Source: an uncultured Gemmatimonadales bacterium (GTDB lineage Bacteria > Gemmatimonadota > Gemmatimonadetes > Gemmatimonadales > Gemmatimonadaceae). From it: a stretch of 64,000 bases of DNA. The stretch's first letter is position 1, and each line of letters begins with the position of its first letter. Below the pieces are notes generated by a model. It searched no databases and had not been told where the DNA came from. It saw only the letters and a program-made list of their open reading frames with translations. Positions 10,827 to 19,369 of this stretch are shown here, in pieces. A program made the translations under genes and the position numbers. The stretch is taken from assembly GCA_963793305.1 (NCBI GenBank), contig CAWBZV010000012.1, positions 1 through 64,000 on the forward strand, in the 5' to 3' direction.

Positions 10827-11491
10827 TAGTATCGGATCAGCGTCGAGACGACAATGGCGGTGGCCGTAATCGCGCCACCGATGACGTAGATACCGTTGCG
10901 CGAGAACCAACTGCGCTCCGGCACGTAGAGCTCGTCGCCGGACCGGATCGTGGTCCGGCCGATCGGCGTGTCCTGCGAGAAATCGACGTCGATATTCTGG
11001 CCGCCCCGGCGGAGTTGGAAATGCTTCGGGTTGCCGTTCGGCAATGTGCCGCCCGCCAGAGCGAATACGTCGTGTACCGTCATCGTGGGGTCGACGGGAT
11101 AGATGCCGGGGTGGTTAACGGCCCCGAGAATGGTGACGCGCCTGAGAAACGTCACTTCGATCGCGGGATCCCTTAAGTACTGGGCGTACGTGGTCATGAG
11201 CAGGGATCTGAGCGAGTCGGCTGTTATCGAGGCGACCTTCGTCGGCCCGAGCTTCGGGAATACTGCGGTCCCGGACTCGTCGACCGGGAATTCACCGGAG
11301 AGGTCGGGCTCGCGCCAGATACGCAGCCGGATGACATCGCCAGGCAGCAGCCGACTCTGCCCGAGCACCGTGTCCCCGCGGCTGGCCTGGGGCGGCGTGG
11401 CGCTCGCAAAGTTGCTCTGCGAGGCCGCCGGCCCGGCGCCAGCGGCAGCCACGAGCGCGAGTATTGGGATACATCTAATCATTTGGTTCAT
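10826..11491 (-). CDS. Polysaccharide export protein (OPX/Wza-like, Poly_export + SLBB)
   Basis: Signal peptide; LLPGDVIRL, VDESGTAVFPKLG, VTILGAVNHPGIY, IRSGDELYVP; C-terminal hydrophobic helix; start 11491. Confidence 0.85.
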   Translation of the reverse strand: MNQMIRCIPILALVAAAGAGPAASQSNFASATPPQASRGDTVLGQSRLLPGDVIRLRIWREPDLSGEFPVDESGTAVFPKLGPTKVASITADSLRSLLMTTYAQYLRDPAIEVTFLRRVTILGAVNHPGIYPVDPTMTVHDVFALAGGTLPNGNPKHFQLRRGGQNIDVDFSQDTPIGRTTIRSGDELYVPERSWFSRNGIYVIGGAITATAIVVSTLIRY

Positions 11492-11530
11492 GCGGATTCG
11501 CTGAGTGAGCAACAGGTACTCGGCCGTGCT

Positions 11531-11546
11531 CGCAAGACGCGAACCG
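11531..11546 (-). promoter_or_regulatory. Candidate sigma-54 promoter of the EPS operon
   Basis: Minus strand CGGTTCGCGTCTTGCG: GG-N10-GC with TTGC, 40 nt upstream of the first gene. Confidence 0.45.
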
Positions 11547-11740
11547 TACCGCGCATGAGTAGCGGCATTTTGGTCTAGTGGTATGAGCGAGTCGGCCGAG
11601 TTGGATCGTCGGTGATTTCTTGAGCAAGTCCTGCACCTGACCAATTCGCGGCGCGCATTTGCCAAAGGCTGCTGTTACGTCTATCTATCCTGCACACCTG
11701 CAACAGGTTGCGGCACTGTTACAACATGCGACAGCGAATG

Positions 11741-11756
11741 TGTGATGCAGATCACA
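11741..11756. promoter_or_regulatory. Palindromic operator (CRP/FNR-type box or TGT-N10-ACA enhancer)
   Basis: TGTGATGCAGATCACA = TGTGA-N6-TCACA in the intergenic region upstream of the EPS operon. Confidence 0.6.
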
Positions 11757-11760
11757 ATTA

Positions 11761-13200
11761 TCAGTTCGCGCGACAACTGAGGTTCGGCTGAGGCACATGG
11801 GTCGAGTGCGGCACGGGGACATCAAGTGCATTTGGGGCATCACTGAGGTCATATAGCGAAGCGAACGCCGAGCGCGCCGGTATTGTGAGGTACGCACGAC
11901 CTGTTGCGTTCAGGTAGCGAACGAGCAACGAATCTTCGCGCACGCCGTTGCCCTCGAATTCGTGGGCTACAACGAGCCAGACGCGATGGCGACCGCGCAG
12001 CGCGGCAAGCTCCTGGAGATAGGCCGGCCAGTCTGTCCGATGGCATCCGCCCCGTGTTATTCCCGTCGTGTCGGCGTAGTACTCGAACGTGGGCAGCGCG
12101 CCGTAGTAGACGTACACGGCATCACCGGGCTGCCGCACCCGCGCCAGCGCCGTGGCGACCGTGCGCATGTCTTCGTGATGCTCGGGAAACAACGCCTCGA
12201 CGCCCTGGATCGCGACAAGCGCCACGACGATCCACCTCGGCCCCGCCGCGATCGCTAGGAGGGCGCTCGGCAGCAAGTAGAGCGCGAGGCGGTCGGACAA
12301 TGGGTAAAGTCCCGCCGCGGCCGCGCCGATCGCCACTGCTATCGGCATCATGACGCTGCGTCGTTGCAGAAACCACAGTCCGACCAGTATCGCGATGAGC
12401 CACATAATCCCCGGTGGCACGCGCAACAGTGAATCAAGAACGTGCGCTGGCTGCGTGAGAGGCCAGCTCCACCTGCGCCAGAATCCGTCGGCCCAGAAGC
12501 GATGCAAATATTCACGATCGCTCGGCATCAGCCTGTGCTCGGCGACCCATATCGCGGGCGCGGCACTGAGCGCCCATACTATCGTAACCGAGAGGCGTCG
12601 CCGCACGATCGCGAGCGCGGCGAGCACGATGACCGCGGGGTACGAGCACCACACGAGCACCGCGCCGAGCGCGCCCGCGACGAGCGGGCGGCAGTCGATG
12701 GCGAGCATGAGCGCAATCGCGATCGTGACGTCCCACGCGTAGGGTTTCGCCTCAGCCGCGTACGTAACCAGTGCACGGTTGCAGGCGAACAACCAGATCG
12801 CGGCGACCACGAGTCGGTCATCGCGCAGCACGCGCCGGGCGAGTTGCGCGAACAGAGGCAACGAGGCGAGGGACGCCAGGAGCGGCGCGAGGCGCAGCAC
12901 GCGACCGCCCGTGCCGAGCAGCGACACGCTCGTCCATTGCGCGAGCAGAAATCCTGGCGGTGTAATCTGCCCGTAAGGGAGGGGCGACAATAGTACAGCG
13001 CCGAGTGGGCGATGAATGATGCCAAGCGAGAGCATAGCTTCATCGAGCCAGATCGGCTGATTTATCATCCACCGACCCACGCGTAGGGCGACACCGAGCA
13101 CTATCGCGGCCGAAACACCACCCCCAAGACCACGGAGATTTAATGCGTTTGGCAGGCGCAATTCGCTTCCTCGCGCCGGCGCTCGGCCTATTGGCCGCAC
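11761..13200 (-). CDS. GT-C fold membrane glycosyltransferase (PMT/ArnT-like); true start probably near 13100
   Basis: PIWLDEA, TPPGFL, LRLAPLL, YAAEAKPYA, LYPLSDRLALYLLP motifs with many TM helices; the annotated ORF start overlaps the divergent gene. Confidence 0.75.
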   Translation of the reverse strand: MRPIGRAPARGSELRLPNALNLRGLGGGVSAAIVLGVALRVGRWMINQPIWLDEAMLSLGIIHRPLGAVLLSPLPYGQITPPGFLLAQWTSVSLLGTGGRVLRLAPLLASLASLPLFAQLARRVLRDDRLVVAAIWLFACNRALVTYAAEAKPYAWDVTIAIALMLAIDCRPLVAGALGAVLVWCSYPAVIVLAALAIVRRRLSVTIVWALSAAPAIWVAEHRLMPSDREYLHRFWADGFWRRWSWPLTQPAHVLDSLLRVPPGIMWLIAILVGLWFLQRRSVMMPIAVAIGAAAAGLYPLSDRLALYLLPSALLAIAAGPRWIVVALVAIQGVEALFPEHHEDMRTVATALARVRQPGDAVYVYYGALPTFEYYADTTGITRGGCHRTDWPAYLQELAALRGRHRVWLVVAHEFEGNGVREDSLLVRYLNATGRAYLTIPARSAFASLYDLSDAPNALDVPVPHSTHVPQPNLSCRAN

Positions 13201-14135
13201 CGCCCGGCTATCATGTGCTGGCGACCTATACGATCGGCGGCACGGGCGGATGGGACTACGTAGCGTTCGACACGGTCGGCCATCGCCTGTTCGTCGCCCG
13301 CCAGACTCGCATCCAAGTCATTGATCCGGAGACGGGGAAGGTGCTCGGCGAGATCCCCGGCATGTCGCGCGCGCATGGCATTGCGTTCGCCTATGAGGTC
13401 GGCCATGGCTTCGCGACCTCGGGCACCGATAGTACCATCACGATGTTCGATCTCAAGACGCTCGCGGTGCTCGGCACGGCGAAGGGGCAGCTCGACGCGG
13501 ACGCCGTGCTGTATGATCCTGCTTCGAAGCGCGTGTTCTCGTTCAACGGCGACTCCAAGAGTGCGACGGCCGTCGATGCTCAGACTGGGAAGGTCATCGG
13601 CAACATCGACCTCGGCGCGGGGCCGGAATTCGGCGTCACCGCTGGCGATGGGAAGCTGTACGTCAATCTCGAGGAAGAGGGCAACATTGCCGAGATCGAT
13701 GCGCAAGCCATGAAGGTTACGCGTAAGTGGGAGTTGGGGACCTGCAAAGGGGCGACTGGTCTCGCCATTGATCGCGTGCACCATCGGTTGTTCAGTGGGT
13801 GCAATACGAAAGGGGCGCCCATCATGGCAATCTCTGATTACACTGCCGGGAAATACATCACGAGCATCCCCATCGGGCCCGGGGTTGACGCTGCCGGGTT
13901 TGATCCCGGAACCGGCTACGCGTTCGCTTCGAGTGGCGCGGACGGTACGTTGACCGTGGTGCACGAGGATAGTCCCGACAAGTTCACGCTCGCCGAGTCG
14001 GTGAAGACAATGCTCGGCGCACGCACAATGACCGTGGATCCGAAGACCCACAAAGTCTATGTCGTGAGCGCGAAGTTCACGCCGGAGCGGAAGATGGTAC
14101 CGGACAGCTTCACGCTGCTCGTGCTCGGCATGTAA
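13143..14135 (+). CDS. YncE-like secreted beta-propeller protein
   Basis: Signal peptide; GGWDYVAFD, AHGIAF, DAVLYDP, GLAID, GARTMTVDP repeats. Confidence 0.85.
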   Translation: MRLAGAIRFLAPALGLLAAPPGYHVLATYTIGGTGGWDYVAFDTVGHRLFVARQTRIQVIDPETGKVLGEIPGMSRAHGIAFAYEVGHGFATSGTDSTITMFDLKTLAVLGTAKGQLDADAVLYDPASKRVFSFNGDSKSATAVDAQTGKVIGNIDLGAGPEFGVTAGDGKLYVNLEEEGNIAEIDAQAMKVTRKWELGTCKGATGLAIDRVHHRLFSGCNTKGAPIMAISDYTAGKYITSIPIGPGVDAAGFDPGTGYAFASSGADGTLTVVHEDSPDKFTLAESVKTMLGARTMTVDPKTHKVYVVSAKFTPERKMVPDSFTLLVLGM

Positions 14136-14139
14136 GGGC

Positions 14140-14310
14140 CTCCTCGGCGCTTCGCGCCTCGTCGCCCTGACGGGCGAACGGTCGCGAAGGCGAGCCAGAC
14201 TAGGATGCCAGGCTGACGATGCCAGGCTGTTGCCAGAGGGGGCAGTGCACCGACCTACAGTGCACTGCCCCCTTTTCGCGTAAGGCGACGAGGCGCGAAG
14301 CGCCGAGGAG
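14140..14310. repeat. 27-bp perfect inverted repeat pair (REP doublet/MITE-like)
   Basis: CTCCTCGGCGCTTCGCGCCTCGTCGCC at 14140-14166 and its exact reverse complement at 14284-14310; each arm has an internal GGCGC-TTC-GCGCC hairpin. Confidence 0.85.
14237..14276 (+). terminator. Rho-independent terminator
   Basis: 14-bp perfect stem AGGGGGCAGTGCAC / GTGCACTGCCCCCT, 9-nt loop, ending in TTTT, between convergent genes. Confidence 0.7.
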
Positions 14311-14313
14311 CCT

Positions 14314-15828
14314 TTAGCGGTGGTGTCCTCCGCCACCGCCATGGCCGCCGCCACCACCACCGTGGCCGCCGCCGCCGGAGCTGTAGTGCGCGTGCGAGCC
14401 GCCACCACCGCTGCTGCCGTGCGGCGCACTGCCGCCGCTGTGGGGCGAGCCACCGCCGCCACCGCTGCGAGGCGCGCTCTGGGTGCGATCATATGGCTGC
14501 GCACCGCCGCCGGCAGAGGGCGCGACCCGATGCGCAACCGGCATCGGTGCGCGTGACCCGGCGCCGTAACCCGGCGACGAGTAGCCAGGATGCCCGGCCT
14601 GGAAGCCGCCAGACGGCGACGCTGAAGGGACGCGGCTAGCGGTGACCCGCGAGCCGACCGCCCCACCACCATTCGGCGTCATAACGCGCCCTGTGTTGGC
14701 AGGGACCGGCGCCGAACGCCCAGCAGTCTGCGGGAACACGGTGCGGTTGCCCACGGCACGATTGCCGATGACACCGACACCGCCGTGCGCCGACAAGCTG
14801 GCACTCGAGAAGACAGAGCGTGAACCAATGGCCGCGCTACCGCCGAAGCGACCCCGGTACCCGGTGACGCCAGGCCCGCCGAGCGTACGACCAGAGAACA
14901 CTCCGGTCGACGCGTAGACGCCGCGGCCGCGATACCCTATGCCACCCCACGGGTGATACCCGACGCCCCAACCCGGATGGTGGTAGAAGCCACCACCGTA
15001 GCCACCGCCGTAGTACCCGCAGCCCCAGCATCCTCCATAGCCACCGAAGCCAAAGCCGACGCCGAAGCCGAACCCGCCGCCCCATCCCCAACCCGCGTAC
15101 GGGTAGTAACCCCAGAACGGATCATACGGATCGTAGTACGAACCACCCCACCACCACGGGCTCGGCCCGTACGTCGCAACGACGACCGGCGGCGGATAGT
15201 AGGCGCTGGCGGCCGTACCGTCAGAGTAGCCGCTGTTATCGTAGCTACCATTGTCCGCATACGCCTGATCCCGACGGAACGGCGGCGCGATGCGATAGGT
15301 CGCCAGGTCGTAATCGAAATGGGCGCCCGTCGCCATCTGCTGCACGATGTCGGTCATGACCTGCTCTTCGTGCCCGGTCACACCGCTATCAGGAAAAGCG
15401 TCCTGATCCCAGTGATCGCCAGTCATGAAGTTGTCGAACTTGAACGGCGCAGCCGAATACGCGACGTAGACCATGCCGGTCCCGTGCGTCTCGGTCACTC
15501 GGAAAGCCTCGCCGTCGTCGTGCGAGCGCACTTCGAACTTGGTGCCGGCCGCGATATGATTGGGCTCATTCGGGTCGGCTGGGAACAACGGCCGTACCCG
15601 GCCGTCGGGCGTCGCTTGCAGCACCACGACGAAACCATCATCACGAACTCTCACGAACACGCGGGCGCGGTCCCCGCGGTCATATACGCTGTTGCTGTTC
15701 AGCGTGACGCGGACTGCCGGATCACCGGGTCCAGCGTTCGGCGATGCTGCCTCTGGGCTGGTCGACGCATCCTGCGCCGCCGCCACTCCCGCCACCATCG
15801 CCACAAGTACTAACGCATTCCGCCACAT
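14314..15828 (-). CDS. Secreted DUF4384-domain protein with long Gly/Tyr/Trp/Arg-rich low-complexity tail
   Basis: Signal peptide, GGAGG RBS; YDRGDRARVFV...DGRVRPLFP DUF4384-like motif; C-terminal ~300 aa low complexity. Confidence 0.75.
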   Translation of the reverse strand: MWRNALVLVAMVAGVAAAQDASTSPEAASPNAGPGDPAVRVTLNSNSVYDRGDRARVFVRVRDDGFVVVLQATPDGRVRPLFPADPNEPNHIAAGTKFEVRSHDDGEAFRVTETHGTGMVYVAYSAAPFKFDNFMTGDHWDQDAFPDSGVTGHEEQVMTDIVQQMATGAHFDYDLATYRIAPPFRRDQAYADNGSYDNSGYSDGTAASAYYPPPVVVATYGPSPWWWGGSYYDPYDPFWGYYPYAGWGWGGGFGFGVGFGFGGYGGCWGCGYYGGGYGGGFYHHPGWGVGYHPWGGIGYRGRGVYASTGVFSGRTLGGPGVTGYRGRFGGSAAIGSRSVFSSASLSAHGGVGVIGNRAVGNRTVFPQTAGRSAPVPANTGRVMTPNGGGAVGSRVTASRVPSASPSGGFQAGHPGYSSPGYGAGSRAPMPVAHRVAPSAGGGAQPYDRTQSAPRSGGGGGSPHSGGSAPHGSSGGGGSHAHYSSGGGGHGGGGGGHGGGGGHHR

Positions 15829-15858
15829 AGAATCCTCCGGACTCTCACCGTATCAGAG

Positions 15859-15904
15859 AGCGAGGAACGTGCCACCATGTAAATATAGTTATTTCAACCA
15901 CTTA
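15859..15904 (-). promoter_or_regulatory. Sigma-54 promoter with IHF-like site
   Basis: Minus strand TGGCACGTTCCTCGCT (15874-15859); TTTCAACCACTTA (15892-15904) is one mismatch from WATCAANNNNTTR, in an AT-rich patch. Confidence 0.7.
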
Positions 15905-15950
15905 TAGCAAATCACACCAGCGATTCTGTCCATTTATTCGGACGCCTGTG

Positions 15951-17325
15951 TCATCGACGTTGGAATTCGGGTGTTTCGAGAACTGGGGCCTTCAGGCCCA
16001 AGACAAATTTAACACGATTGAGCAAGGCCCCGGCATTCATCCACTCCTCGCCCGTTTCCGGATACCCATTGGGCGCCACGTGCCCAAACAAGGGCTCCCC
16101 GAGGTTCGCCACGGTTTGCGCGGCTCGCGGGGTGGTGTCGGGAGGAGCATTTACCGCTCGGAAGGCACTGACCACGAATTCGAACGGACTCTTCACTTTG
16201 GTGCGGTTCGTCACAGCGGCATAGAACTCGTGGGAGGTCACGATTGTCCTTATGACTTCACGTATATCGCCATCGGTTCGCCTGAACGTCGCGGCCGCGC
16301 GCGACACGAGAGCCGGTGGTGGCGTGTCCGAGACGAACCGCCGTATCAGCTTTGTCGAGATATAACGAGCCGTTGCCGGATGCCGGGCGACGATGTCGAG
16401 CACGGTCTCGCCATCCGCGAGCCCCTGTCCAGCGGGCAAAGCGTGGCCCAACACCATCTTCGGCCCGGCGTCGTGCCACTCCGGACGGAACTCGAACTGG
16501 CCAACGTGCTCGGGATCGAAGATTGTCCACCCGGTGAACGCTCGCGCGACGTTCGATCACGTCCTGCTGCGTGTAGCCACCATCGACGCCGAGCGTGTGC
16601 AGCTCGAGGAGCTCGCGGCCGTAGTTCTCGTTCAGCCCGTGGCCCTTTCGTCTCGCGTTGCCCACCAACAACGGTCGCGTGGGTTCGGCTCCGGAGTCCC
16701 AGTTGTCGAGATAATAGAGCATCGCTGGACTATGGGCGACGGCACCGAGCAGATCGCGGAATTTGCCAAGGGCATGCGGCCTCACCACGTCGCGATCAAA
16801 ATCAACGAGGAGATATCGCTCCGGTCCCTTCCCCGAATAAATCGAAAAATGATTCTCCCAAAAGTCGGTCATGACTTCAAGGAGCTGCCTCTGACTGACC
16901 TCGGCCCGCGCCACGCGTGACGCCTGAAGATCCGTCAGAATTTTGTTGGAGGCCGCGTCGGCTTGTTTGAGCGCGACCGAATCGTCGTGGCGTTGGGCCG
17001 AATCGGGCGGCGACGGATACTTCGTGCGCTGACTCCGGAGCTCCTGCGGTAGCACGTAGATCCGCGCGAGATTGGCCGTGGGCATCGACTCCGCGGGGAA
17101 TCTCGCCAGAACGCGGTCGGTGGCTGCATCGCTGATTCGCTCCGGATGCAGCTGCGCGTCGATCCATCGCTTGATGCCAACGCGACCCACCGAATCAACC
17201 TCGCCTGGTCGCGGACCGAACGTCAGGCGATCGAGGGCCTGAAGCGGCGCGTGGCCGCCCGTCACGCATCCCATGAGGACACAGACGAACGGCCACGCGA
17301 GGTACGGAGTGAAGCGACTAGCCAC
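15951..17325 (-). CDS. DUF1800 family protein (one +1 frameshift near 16551, probably a sequence error)
   Basis: LDRLTFGPRPG, QLLEVMTDFWENHF, SPAMLYYLDN, NENYGRELLELHTLG; after the shift VARAFTGW, KVKSPFEF, PNGYP, PEFQRR; GTG start 17325. Confidence 0.85.
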
Positions 17326-19162
17326 GCCCCTTCTCGGGTTTCTTTTCTTCTTCTTTCGGAGGAGGCGGCGCCTTCTTGCCCTTCTTGTTCTTGGGTTTTG
17401 GCTTCGGCACCGGCTGCTCCTCGTTCGCCGGCGTTCCATTGTGCTCCGGCGGCTGCGGGACACGCGAAGCCGTTGCCGGTTGCCCCACTGGCTTTGCCGC
17501 CGCCAGCGTCTGAGTCTTGGCCGGCCGATCCACAAACCCGTTGTTACCCGCCTGCACCGGCTGCGCCGCCGCAAGACCCTCACGAGCAGGCTTGAGCGTG
17601 CCACCGTTCGTGTTCGACGCCGGTTTGATGAGCGACTGATGCTGCGGAGCGCTCTGACGCAGCTGATTTTCCTGCGCCGGCACTAACGGTTTGCCGCCAT
17701 TCTCGGCGAGCGCCTGTTGCTTCTGTGCAAATGGCACAGCAGCAGGAGGCGGCGCGGTCTTGGCGACGACCGCACGATTCTCGACCGCGGCCGGCGGTGC
17801 TTTGACGCTTGCCGCCGCGGCGGTGTTACCCGTAACGGCCGACTTCTGCGGCACTGTTCCCGTCGGCGGAGCCGTTCCGTTGACCGGAGCACTCGCCAGC
17901 TGCTCAGATGTTACTGGCACGGCCGCCTTCGACACCGACGCCCCACTCGCCATCGCGTTCTGCGGCACCGCCGTCACCGCCCCCGGCGCACCCGCATTGC
18001 GATAGTTCGTGATGTTCGTGGTGTTCGTGGTGTTGTAGTTATTAATAACCGTGGTGTTGTTGTTGATCACGGTCGTGTTGTTCACGACGTTGACCTGATG
18101 CACGTAGTTGTCACTCACCGCATACGGCGGGTGATACACTTCGCCCACGCCGAGCGCGACCCAACCCACGCTACCGCCACCACCGACGGCGACGCCAACG
18201 TGCCAGCCACCGCCGCCGACGAAGGCGACCAGCGCCGGCGCGTATACCGGCCGCGCGACAACGACAACCGCGGGACCCGGATTTGGATTCGGGCACCAGA
18301 ACCAATTTCCACCGGCGTACGCCCAGCGCCCGTAGTGATACGGGGCGTAACCCCACGGCGCCTCATCGACCCACGACCAACCCCACGGGTCGACCCACAC
18401 CCAGCGACCGGTGTGATACGGAGCCCAACCAGGTCCAACGTGATCGGGAACCCACACGTTCCCGTACCCGTCGACGTACGTCCAGTGGCCGTACTGGTCG
18501 AGGTCTTCATACCCGGGCATCTCGCGCGAGACATATCGGACCGAGACTGATCCGTCCTCGCGGTGATCGCGGGACAGGCACCACTGATCCCAGTCGTCGG
18601 GAGCGCCTATGTCGGTGAGATCATAGGTCGGCGAATCCGTGCCCTTCACCAATGCGACTTGGTGGGCATTCACCTCGAACGACGACCCGGCGGCGGTCAC
18701 CTCGACGCCGCCGTTCCACACGCGCACGGTCGACAGCGTGCCGTCCGGGTTGACATCAACACGGTACTCACCGGCGCGTCCAAACGTGATGGCGCTGTTT
18801 GGTGAGTCGATCTCGTAGACTTGTCCATCGTCGACCGACCGAATGCGGATCGTCGCCGTGCCGGAGGCCAGGCGCATTTGCAGGGTGTTGTCGTCGACGT
18901 TCACGAAGTCGAGCTCCGTTTGCGCCGAGAGACGAATCGCGGTCGCACCGACGTGGACCTCAGCCCGGGAGTTCTCGTCGGTCCACAGTCGATCGCCGGT
19001 CGTGAGCGGTCGGTTGGGTTGGGCGATAGCCCACTCATCCACGCCCGACGCGCGGAACGAGACAGTGCCTTGGATCAGATTCAACCGGCCTACTCTCGCC
19101 GGAGGATCGGCCACTAAACTCGGCGCCGCTAACCCGAGCAGCAAAATCAAACGGTGTCGCAT
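17318..19162 (-). CDS. Secreted FecR-like/DUF6600 domain protein with Asn/Thr-rich and Pro/Lys-rich tail
   Basis: Start MRHRLILL at 19162; DPPARVGRL, NRPLTTGDRLWT, GYEDLDQYGHW, WAPYHTGRW, PWGYAPYHYGRW, YAPALVAF. Confidence 0.8.
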   Translation of the reverse strand: MRHRLILLLGLAAPSLVADPPARVGRLNLIQGTVSFRASGVDEWAIAQPNRPLTTGDRLWTDENSRAEVHVGATAIRLSAQTELDFVNVDDNTLQMRLASGTATIRIRSVDDGQVYEIDSPNSAITFGRAGEYRVDVNPDGTLSTVRVWNGGVEVTAAGSSFEVNAHQVALVKGTDSPTYDLTDIGAPDDWDQWCLSRDHREDGSVSVRYVSREMPGYEDLDQYGHWTYVDGYGNVWVPDHVGPGWAPYHTGRWVWVDPWGWSWVDEAPWGYAPYHYGRWAYAGGNWFWCPNPNPGPAVVVVARPVYAPALVAFVGGGGWHVGVAVGGGGSVGWVALGVGEVYHPPYAVSDNYVHQVNVVNNTTVINNNTTVINNYNTTNTTNITNYRNAGAPGAVTAVPQNAMASGASVSKAAVPVTSEQLASAPVNGTAPPTGTVPQKSAVTGNTAAAASVKAPPAAVENRAVVAKTAPPPAAVPFAQKQQALAENGGKPLVPAQENQLRQSAPQHQSLIKPASNTNGGTLKPAREGLAAAQPVQAGNNGFVDRPAKTQTLAAAKPVGQPATASRVPQPPEHNGTPANEEQPVPKPKPKNKKGKKAPPPPKEEEKKPEKGRG

Positions 19163-19197
19163 TTGTGCCTCCAACCCGGATGGTTCGCCCTGTATCG

Positions 19198-19232
19198 AGC
19201 AAGCTGCGGTCCAAATATCTAACTCGTTGCGA
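19198..19232 (-). promoter_or_regulatory. Sigma-54 promoter with IHF-like site
   Basis: Minus strand TGGACCGCAGCTTGCT (19213-19198), preceded by CAA-N4-TTA (19232-19220). Confidence 0.6.
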
Positions 19233-19369
19233 CCAGTGAAGATAACTGCTCGGATCAATCTCGCGTTGTCCTCGACAGAGGACACGCCAGGGACCGTTCG
19301 TCACGCCTGAGACGATCGTACCCACGCACTCGTTAGTCGTTACCGTGCGCGTGTATGTTCTGACCCGCT

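Noticed and set aside
14314..14470. GCC/ACC-rich tandem-like repeats
   Set aside because: They simply encode the Gly-rich tail of the DUF4384 protein.
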